A stretch of 64,000 bases of DNA from a virus. The translations under genes and the position numbers were made by a program. Below, piece by piece: positions 8,228 to 14,585 of the stretch. Below the pieces are notes generated by a model. The model searched no databases. It was given only the letters and a program-made list of their open reading frames with translations, and was not told where the DNA came from. Each line of letters opens with the position of its first letter. Position 1 is the first letter of the stretch. The stretch covers positions 5,365 through 69,364 of the IMG/VR virus record IMGVR_UViG_3300038312_000168. One strand, written 5' to 3'.

Positions 8228-8608
8228 TTAATCATCCTCCACTACAATTTCAGGTAAGGGTTCATGTCCCGTATCCAAAGGAGTACTGAAGTCTACCGTC
8301 CATCCACCTTCAGGAAACCGTTTCCAAGCATAAGCGTGACGAATAACCTGATGAATATCCCATGCCTCTTGTCCGAGTCCTACAACGTCATTGTATATGC
8401 TGTAATATTCATTAGACTCTAATTCTGGGAATATCATCTCACGTAGACGGTCAAGATAGAAACGCGCATTATCCTGATTGAACTCATGCTCGAATCTAAA
8501 TTCATCGGAGATTACATGAAATTGTCCCATACGAACACGCGAGTAAAATTCAAGTGCGTTCATTATTACTTGTGCCTGTTTTTCGTTGAAAGTAAGAGTG
8601 AATTTCAT
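8228..8608 (-). CDS. hypothetical protein
   Basis: ATG preceded by GGTGGTGAGTG; 1-nt TGATG overlap with the upstream gene. Confidence 0.55.
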   Translation of the reverse strand: MKFTLTFNEKQAQVIMNALEFYSRVRMGQFHVISDEFRFEHEFNQDNARFYLDRLREMIFPELESNEYYSIYNDVVGLGQEAWDIHQVIRHAYAWKRFPEGGWTVDFSTPLDTGHEPLPEIVVEDD

Positions 8609-9051
8609 CACTCACCACCTTCCACAAACTTCCTTACAGGTGTTCTCTTCACTTCCACAAGCGCATACTCTACCACTTCAGCATCTTCGGGATATTCCTG
8701 GTAGAGATAAATGGATGTGCGCGTTTTACAATTGTAACCAGTTCTCTGTTTAAAATGGTTTTTTATTTGCCATCGTTTCATCCAAATTTTACCATTCTTT
8801 ACAAAGAGAGGATTCAAACCACCACTTGAGAATAATCCATCCTTCTCTACGCGAAATACAGTATCGATTACTTCACGTTCAGTAAGAATTTCAGCAAAGT
8901 ATTCTGCACCACTAGAAAGTAGTTCAAGTTTCGGATCAAAATGACATTGACCCCACACTTTACCTTTACAACCCACTGCATCACAATCAGCGCTCATATT
9001 TTCACACGGAATTACATCTTCCATGTTACCAATGAAACGATACCTTTTCAT
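8608..9051 (-). CDS. hypothetical protein
   Basis: ATG preceded by AGGTGAAAAGGA. Confidence 0.55.
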   Translation of the reverse strand: MKRYRFIGNMEDVIPCENMSADCDAVGCKGKVWGQCHFDPKLELLSSGAEYFAEILTEREVIDTVFRVEKDGLFSSGGLNPLFVKNGKIWMKRWQIKNHFKQRTGYNCKTRTSIYLYQEYPEDAEVVEYALVEVKRTPVRKFVEGGE

Positions 9052-9176
9052 TCCTTTTCACCTTACAGTATACAGTTACAAGTGTAAGGATAAAAAGGTT
9101 ACGAAATGAAACACAAAAGAGAAAAAGGGTAAGGAAGATAATACTAATGAAATACTAATATATTTAAAATTAGTAT

Positions 9177-9317
9177 TTAGATTACTGTAATGGTCACTAC
9201 AACCTTCTTTCCTTCAAATTCTGAAATAGTATTCTCAATGAAATCCTCATCAACGCACCACAAATCATATTTGTTGTCGTAAGAAACAACCCCTTCAAGA
9301 ACAATATCAGTAATCAT
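9177..9317 (-). CDS. possible 46-aa protein
   Basis: My translation is MITDIVLEGVVSYDNKYDLWCVDEDFIENTISEFEGKKVVVTITVI*. It fills the 9052-9320 gap. Confidence 0.35.
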   Translation of the reverse strand: MITDIVLEGVVSYDNKYDLWCVDEDFIENTISEFEGKKVVVTITVI

Positions 9318-9320
9318 TGT

Positions 9321-9563
9321 TTACGCCTCCCAAATATCAGTAATAACTACCATGTTTTTATAAAGTGCAACTCTACCCTTATTCTTTGTCATGGGGTCAT
9401 CGGTAGAAACCACTGAAACTGCATATCTCTGTTGTCCATACCAATCATATGGTTCAATGCCGCATACTTTTCTTACTTTCAGTTCACTACTGTTGCCCGA
9501 TCTTGAAGCGAGACAAACAATGTCACCCACTTTGATTTCTCTGCCTAGAATATCTGTAACCAT
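9321..9563 (-). CDS. hypothetical protein
   Basis: ATG at 9563; the track gives an alternative GTG at 9572. Confidence 0.5.
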   Translation of the reverse strand: MVTDILGREIKVGDIVCLASRSGNSSELKVRKVCGIEPYDWYGQQRYAVSVVSTDDPMTKNKGRVALYKNMVVITDIWEA

Positions 9564-9586
9564 GTAAGTCACATCCCAAAAAAGGG

Positions 9587-9955
9587 TTACTCCATCTCCT
9601 CTGCAAGTTCAGCCGTTGCAAGTGCAAGCCAATCAATGAACTCTTCCCTACACGGACAACCGTAGGTAAGGTTGGTGAAGAAGGTAGTGAATCCTTCAAT
9701 CGTAATGACAAACGATTCATCACCCTGCTCAACAAGATCCATCTCCTCCAGGCGATTCAACATAACCTGCTGTGACTCCTCGCTCTTGAACTCGTCCTCA
9801 CCCGCACCAAGCATCTGCTTACACAGCACCGCATAGATGATTGCCGCGCCCACATCTGTAGGGTAATACTGTCCCGATTCTGTGCGCTCAACGATTCCAA
9901 TTCCCTCAAGGATGTCGTATCCTTCCTTTACTTCATTGCTAACTTCGGGTGTCAT
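9587..9955 (-). CDS. putative tandem winged-helix DNA-binding protein, first gene beside the divergent control region
   Basis: Two units, LEGIGIVERTESGQYYPTDVG and LEEMDLVEQGDESFVITIEG. Visibly GC-richer than its neighbours. Confidence 0.4.
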   Translation of the reverse strand: MTPEVSNEVKEGYDILEGIGIVERTESGQYYPTDVGAAIIYAVLCKQMLGAGEDEFKSEESQQVMLNRLEEMDLVEQGDESFVITIEGFTTFFTNLTYGCPCREEFIDWLALATAELAEEME

Positions 9956-10162
9956 GTTTCTCTTGCACCGAATATTATGTCTACCCTTCGCTATATATGC
10001 GTTGTGTAATGCGTTTGGATTGAAAAACGAGTAAAGAAAGAAAGTTTGAGTTAATTGTAAGGTAAGTGAGTAGACTAATTTAGATTGTGGTTACTTGTAA
10101 GAAAGATGGGTCTATCCCATAAGTCATGTAAGGACATCTGCATATATATTATTAATATTATT

Positions 10163-10368
10163 ATTACTGATTCATTACACGTAATAGAATACAAAAATAG
10201 ATGTGAAATAGAATTACGTGTAAGGAGAAGAGAATAAATATATATTTACTATCATCATTACTGATTTCTTACTGAAAATAGAATACCACATCGATTTGGA
10301 ATTAGGTTTGGTATGGGTTTTGGCATAAATATAATATTTTATAATATATTTATTACATGATTCTTACA
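10163..10368. promoter_or_regulatory. three copies of the motif ATTAC(T/A)(G/T)(A/G)(T/A)TT(C/T)(A/C/T)T(T/A)(A/C)
   Basis: ATTACTGATTCATTACA at 10163, ATTACTGATTTCTTACT at 10257 and ATTACATGATTCTTACA at 10352. In each, the TTAC half-sites are 11 bp apart. Copies are 94 and 95 bp apart. Confidence 0.6.
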
Positions 10369-10537
10369 TGAATATTATTACCAGTAAGAATATAGTATAA
10401 TATATTATTATAATATTCTTACAAGAAATAGAATACAAAATAGAATATCAGTAAGGATAGTAAGTATAATAATCATTATACTATTTCCTTACACTATTCT
10501 TACTGGAAATATAATAGGAATAATGATTTCATAATAT

Positions 10538-10557
10538 TTGTACATATATATGTACAA
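10538..10557. repeat. perfect 20-bp palindrome TTGTACATATATATGTACAA
   Basis: Read directly. A related GTACATATGTAC palindrome lies at 63976-63987. Confidence 0.85.
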
Positions 10558-10589
10558 GTGTAAGGAGGAGTATTAATATCATTTTAAAA

Positions 10590-10726
10590 GGAGCGCGAAG
10601 CGCGATTGGCGGTAGTCGAGCGTCTCAACGCGAGCGTAACCGCTGTGACAAAAAAAAAGAAAAACCGGAAAAAAGAAAATGTAATATTGTGTGGCAACTT
10701 GCCCCACGGAGGACCCCTTACCCCTT
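10590..10726. other. GC-rich structured island inside an AT-rich intergenic region
   Basis: CGCG-AAG-CGCG mini-hairpin, GCGGT...ACCGC enclosing GCGT-ctca-ACGC, an A-rich tract, then three CCCC runs. Confidence 0.5.
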
Positions 10727-10891
10727 ATATTTGAAACTCATAGTATATAAAGGTTTCGGTCCATGTTGATATTTTTGGAGTGTCATATATCTTATTAGAT
10801 ATAAAATATATATATAATTATTACTGATAGTAATATTGGTAATGTGTATCATGCATTTTTACCTACATTTTTCATACGTGCCGCACTGGAA

Positions 10892-11149
10892 ATGAAGGTT
10901 GAAATGACAAAAAATAAGTATTCAGTAATCAAAGTAATACGCATGGCAGAAATGTGTCAGTATGTCTTTACGTGCGTTAAGGATGGAATTGTCGAGTATC
11001 ATTACCTGTATTGCGCTGATCTTCTCGAAGCGGTCAAGAAGCATGAGATGATTTATGGGTTTGAGTATCATGTGAGGAATGTTGAAGTTCAGGAGGGAAA
11101 ATCACCCGATAGGTTTCAGTCTAAAATTGAGGATTACATCATCTCCTAG
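10892..11149 (+). CDS. hypothetical protein
   Basis: First in-frame ATG of track ORF 10844..11149. The palindrome ATTACTGATAGTAAT lies upstream. Confidence 0.5.
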   Translation: MKVEMTKNKYSVIKVIRMAEMCQYVFTCVKDGIVEYHYLYCADLLEAVKKHEMIYGFEYHVRNVEVQEGKSPDRFQSKIEDYIIS

Positions 11150-11289
11150 AATCAAAAAATTTACCCCTTTCTTTATATAGAAACATGCAAAATCCGACCC
11201 TATCTTTCAAAAATGGTATAATGATATGGTTGGAGAATGTTGGTGTTTATTTTGCATGTTTTACTCTTCAATTTGGGCTTATCCCAAAA

Positions 11290-11529
11290 CTACCATGAGA
11301 AGAGTGCAATGAGGAACCAAATGAAACCTGATAGTGCCTCACTTGCCGCACTCAACTTCATGTTCATGGTAGCAAATGTAATAGCGAGAGTGAAGAGTCC
11401 AATTGAAGTGAAGAGCGCGGTAAAAATGTTTACAGAACCATTGTTGAAGATACAATCGTTCAGTTGAGGAAGAAGAGTAAACGAAAAAGAGAAACCAACG
11501 ATACTAATGATTTTATCTTGCCATGTCAT
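11290..11529 (-). CDS. 3-TM membrane protein with a PQ-loop / SemiSWEET-like pattern
   Basis: 79 aa. LLPQL sits in TM1 followed by GSVNIFTALFTSIG. The gene starts 13 nt downstream of the tRNA-Gln 3' end on the same strand. Confidence 0.35.
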   Translation of the reverse strand: MTWQDKIISIVGFSFSFTLLPQLNDCIFNNGSVNIFTALFTSIGLFTLAITFATMNMKLSAASEALSGFIWFLIALFSW

Positions 11530-11541
11530 GTTCTATTACCA

Positions 11542-11678
11542 TTCTCCCGGCAGGACTCGAACCTGCATTACCGGATTTATTCAGAGTGTGACAGGTGTTA
11601 CCGCCCGCTTCAGGTTAAATTGTGAGTTTTACCCACACTCTTTCAAATTCCGGCATGATACCATTACACTACGGGAGT
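11542..11678 (-). tRNA. tRNA-Gln(UUG) containing a 66-nt bulge-helix-bulge intron
   Basis: The reverse complement has acceptor CTCCCG/CGGGAG, D arm GTGTAATGGTATCAT, anticodon stem CCGGA/TCCGG with loop AT-TTG-A..A, and T arm GCAGG-TTCGAGT-CCTGC. The 1:72 pair looks like A.A in my fold. Confidence 0.8.
11577..11642 (-). other. archaeal-type tRNA intron at canonical position 37/38
   Basis: A 4-bp helix ATTT/GAAT is flanked by the 3-nt bulges GA|A and AA|A and closed by the 8-bp helix AGAGTGTG/CACACTCT. Confidence 0.75.
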
Positions 11679-11680
11679 GA

Positions 11681-11753
11681 TGACAACGAAGGGATTTGAA
11701 CCCTCACTTGACAGTTTTGGAGACTGCTGCACTTCCGATTATGCTACGTTGTC
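11681..11753 (-). tRNA. tRNA-Trp(CCA)
   Basis: GACAACG-TA-GCAT-AATCGGAA-GTGC-A-GCAGT-CTCCAAA-ACTGT-CAAGT-GAGGG-TTCAAAT-CCCTT-CGTTGTC-A gives a full cloverleaf. Confidence 0.85.
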
Positions 11754-11756
11754 TAA

Positions 11757-11837
11757 TGTGTCAGACAGGGTTTGAACCTGTGATACCCTTCGGCAAAGGA
11801 TTTTAAGTCCTCCGTGTTTCCGCTCCACCACTGACAC
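11757..11837 (-). tRNA. tRNA-Leu(UAA), class II with a long variable arm
   Basis: Acceptor GTGTCAG/CTGACAC, anticodon arm GAGGA-CTTAAAA-TCCTT, variable arm TGCCGAAGGGTATC, T arm ACAGG-TTCAAAC-CCTGT. Confidence 0.8.
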
Positions 11838-11939
11838 GCTATTTACTTCATTACACGTTGAACAATAAATAACTTACGTTATATTCCTGATATACAAAAG
11901 GAAGGATTTAATTAACTATAATTAAAACACATAAGATAT

Positions 11940-12341
11940 ATGATGAGTAATAGTTTATCTGATCTTGCTTATTGTGGTGGATTATTCGACGGTGAGGGAT
12001 GTGTTACACTTACAAAAGACGGTGATTCAAATTATAGATTACGATTGAAAATAACATCAACTGATTATTCTGTTCTTGCGTGGTTACAAGAACATTTTGG
12101 TGGGTTTATACATCTTTCACATAAGGAAAGTGAATACAATAAAGAATCATGGGATTGGTATTGTAAAACTGAAGATCAGATTGTGTTTCTGTTTGGTATT
12201 CTCCCTTACACTATAATCAAACGCGCACAAATCATTGAAGCATTGAATTATCATTTTGAAAAACAGAATGGTGGAAAGTTAACTGAAGATGAATTTGTAT
12301 TACGAGAAAGATATTACATGAAATTAAAATCAATGAAATAA
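11940..12341 (+). mobile_element. free-standing LAGLIDADG homing endonuclease (133 aa, single motif)
   Basis: LAYCGGLFDGEGCV near the N-terminus. Sits between the tRNA cluster and the structural operon. Confidence 0.65.
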
Positions 12342-12516
12342 CCTCAAAATACTCTTCTTTTCTTTCTTCTTTTTATACTTAACCGAAAGGTTTATATAGT
12401 AGTAATTAAATATGTATATTATATTATATCTGTTTGTTAAATAGGTATAATAAACTATACTATACTATAGTTTATTTTTTTATATAGAGGGGTGAATAAA
12501 AATCGTTTCTGAACGT

Positions 12517-13587
12517 ATGTTTGTGGATGGACCTGTTTTCCCAATTGCACAGAAGAATAGAAATGGATGGGGTGTTCCTCACGATTCTATTGATTCTGCT
12601 ATTTCTTCGTTAAAAACATCCGTAGTTCGAATTTGCCCCTCTATTTTTGGAGAGAGCGAACATCACTGTGATATTACGGGTAGCAGGAAGGATGAAATCG
12701 GTAAAATTGTTGATGCTTACCAGAAAGATAATGAGGTAAGAGCAGTTGTTGAGATTACTGATTCTACCGCTATTTCCAAGTTGAGTGATGGAACATGGGA
12801 ACCTACATGGTCTGTGTTCGGTGGTGGTGTGCGTGATTCTGATGGTTGGATTCATGGGTATACGAATGAATCGTTAACGTTTGTTAAAAAACCTGCATGG
12901 GAAACTGCTAAAGGTGAAATATTCTTTTCTGCAAGTGAAGATGAGCGATCAGAAGTAAAGAATTTAAAATCCTATACAAAACTTGGTTTAAACCAGGATA
13001 AAGAAGATAATAGTAAATTTTATGCTTCTCTTTTAAATTCTGATGATTTCCTTACAGATAATTCATTTTCTGACACTATTGAAACTTTAAAAGGTGATTT
13101 TATGACTGATACTAATATTGAAAACACCCCTACTGAGGGTGTTGATTTTGAGAAGGTAGTTGCCTCGAAGGAAGAGGAGATTACCAAACTTAAGGAGCAG
13201 ATTAAAACGATGGAGAAGGTGCAGGCTGCTGCTATTTTCCCTGACACGTTTGAAACCGTTGTCGCTTCTCGTATTGATGTTGCACTTAAGGCAGAGCGTG
13301 AGCGCATTGAAAAGGATCTCGCCCTGACTGATTACAAGAATGTGTGTGCCTCGCTTGAGATTGCACCCGAAGTAGAGCGGTTCCAGAGTGAGAAGTTTTC
13401 CGCTTCGGATGTGCGTATGCACATTGATCTTCTGAATAAGGTTGCAGGTAAGCGTGAGAAAGTCGAAGCGGGCGCTCCTCTGTATTCCAATACCTCCGAA
13501 AAGAAGGGTGAGACTCCTGAATCGTTCCAGAATGAATCTGGTTGGACTGTTGGTTATTACCGTGACGGTCAGTGGTTCGCAGAGTAA
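12517..13587 (+). CDS. prohead protease fused to a scaffold-like C-terminal domain
   Basis: The N-terminal half (EHHCDITGSRKDEIGKIVDAY...TWSVFGG) has an HK97-type protease pattern. The C-terminal half is charged and coiled-coil (KEEEITKLKEQIKTMEK). The gene lies directly upstream of the capsid genes. Confidence 0.5.
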   Translation: MFVDGPVFPIAQKNRNGWGVPHDSIDSAISSLKTSVVRICPSIFGESEHHCDITGSRKDEIGKIVDAYQKDNEVRAVVEITDSTAISKLSDGTWEPTWSVFGGGVRDSDGWIHGYTNESLTFVKKPAWETAKGEIFFSASEDERSEVKNLKSYTKLGLNQDKEDNSKFYASLLNSDDFLTDNSFSDTIETLKGDFMTDTNIENTPTEGVDFEKVVASKEEEITKLKEQIKTMEKVQAAAIFPDTFETVVASRIDVALKAERERIEKDLALTDYKNVCASLEIAPEVERFQSEKFSASDVRMHIDLLNKVAGKREKVEAGAPLYSNTSEKKGETPESFQNESGWTVGYYRDGQWFAE

Positions 13588-13611
13588 AATAAATAATTGA
13601 GGTGAATTTAT

Positions 13612-14562
13612 ATGGGTTACTATGGTTTTGTCGAGCCGGATAATAAGGTTATTGCGTATGCGCCCAATTCTATTCTGATTCAGGAAGAGAAGGCAGAAGC
13701 AGCGACTATTAAGCCGGGCATGGTTGTAATGAAAGGCACGAATGATGATGATGTTGTCATTTGTGATGGAGTTTCTAAGGCACCGTTTGGTGTTGCAGGT
13801 TTCGAGCAGAGTTTCTTAGGCGCTGCATCATCTACGTCTAACCGCCCTGCTAATGTTAAGACTGCGTTTGCATCCGCTGCTCGCGTTCCTGTGCTTGGTG
13901 GTGGCGGTTTCGTTGCCATGATGACGCTTGCCCCTGGTGTTGGCACTGTTAAGGGCGATTTACTTGCATCTTGGGGTGGTGGAACGGTTGTTCCTGTTGT
14001 GCCTATGCCCGGAGGGTTTGGTGTCAGAATTCCGTTTGTTAAGAATACTTCTGAGACTGATACCGGCGTTGATCTTCCAGAGGGAATGATTGTTTCCGAT
14101 GTCATTGTTCAGGTGACTAAGGAAGTTGCCGACGCTACTATTGATGTTGGGCTTCTGTATGCAGAGGATTCTAATGGTGGTGACGCTGATGGTTTCCTCG
14201 ATGCTGAATCGTGTGCTGCTGCTGGATTCGTGAAGCACAATAATGTTGCTCTTACTTCTGCCGCCGCTGCTCTTACGCTTGGTGCATATCTGGTTGAAGC
14301 GGATATTAAAGATGCTACTGCTGAAACTGGAGCGCAGACTTGTAGGGTTCCCACATATCATGTTGTAAATAGTGGGCAGGTTTCTGTCTCGTATACTACT
14401 TCTAATAGTGCCAACCTTGCCGGTAACATTTACGTTGTGTGTGCTGCTCCTGGATTCCAGATTGTAGGGCGCGCTGAAGAGACTCTTGCACCTGTTACTG
14501 TTACTGCTGATAATGTTACGTCTTACGTCAGTCAGGCCGTTATGTCAAGGGTGTATATTTAA
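13612..14562 (+). CDS. capsid-associated protein (decoration or auxiliary capsid protein candidate)
   Basis: 316 aa and Ala/Gly/Val-rich. Lies between the protease and the major capsid gene. Strong SD (GAGGTGAATTTAT). Confidence 0.4.
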   Translation: MGYYGFVEPDNKVIAYAPNSILIQEEKAEAATIKPGMVVMKGTNDDDVVICDGVSKAPFGVAGFEQSFLGAASSTSNRPANVKTAFASAARVPVLGGGGFVAMMTLAPGVGTVKGDLLASWGGGTVVPVVPMPGGFGVRIPFVKNTSETDTGVDLPEGMIVSDVIVQVTKEVADATIDVGLLYAEDSNGGDADGFLDAESCAAAGFVKHNNVALTSAAAALTLGAYLVEADIKDATAETGAQTCRVPTYHVVNSGQVSVSYTTSNSANLAGNIYVVCAAPGFQIVGRAEETLAPVTVTADNVTSYVSQAVMSRVYI

Positions 14563-14585
14563 ATATTTTTTGAGGTGACTATAAA

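Larger units (their letters stand above)
9956..10843. promoter_or_regulatory. divergent intergenic control region, about 890 bp with no ORF
   Basis: Separates the - strand block (ends 9955) from + strand gene 10892. Extremely AT-rich with repeated dyads, palindromes and a GC-rich island. Confidence 0.6.

Noticed and set aside
9523-9735. Track ORF 9523..9735 (-), which overlaps both 9321..9572 and 9587..9955.
   Set aside because: It is out of frame with and overlaps two better-supported genes. The product is Arg/Ser/Leu-rich low-complexity sequence, consistent with an alternative-frame artefact of the locally GC-richer 9587..9955 gene.
10140-10560. A CRISPR-like or mini-array interpretation of the repeated motifs in the 10.1-10.6 kb and 2.6-3.8 kb regions.
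   Set aside because: The repeats are short (6-20 bp), degenerate and irregularly or helically spaced. There is no unit of 25-40 bp alternating with unique spacers of similar length, and no cas genes apart from a stand-alone Cas4-like nuclease.
10603-10737. A possible 44-aa ORF with a TTG start (MAVVERLNASVTAVTKKKKNRKKENVILCGNLPHGGPLTPYI*) inside the GC-rich island, with GGAG 12 nt upstream.
   Set aside because: Its codon composition is unlike every other gene here and there is no recognisable motif. It spans a poly-A tract and the hairpin-forming GC segments. It is better explained as structured noncoding DNA or RNA.
13680-14361. Antisense ORFs 13680..14105, 13960..14361 and 14109..14354, along with similar ones at 29764..29967 and 30279..30503.
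   Set aside because: They occur only where local GC rises to about 50%, which removes stop codons on the opposite strand. They overlap well-supported structural genes and encode Pro/Ser/Thr-rich low-complexity sequence.
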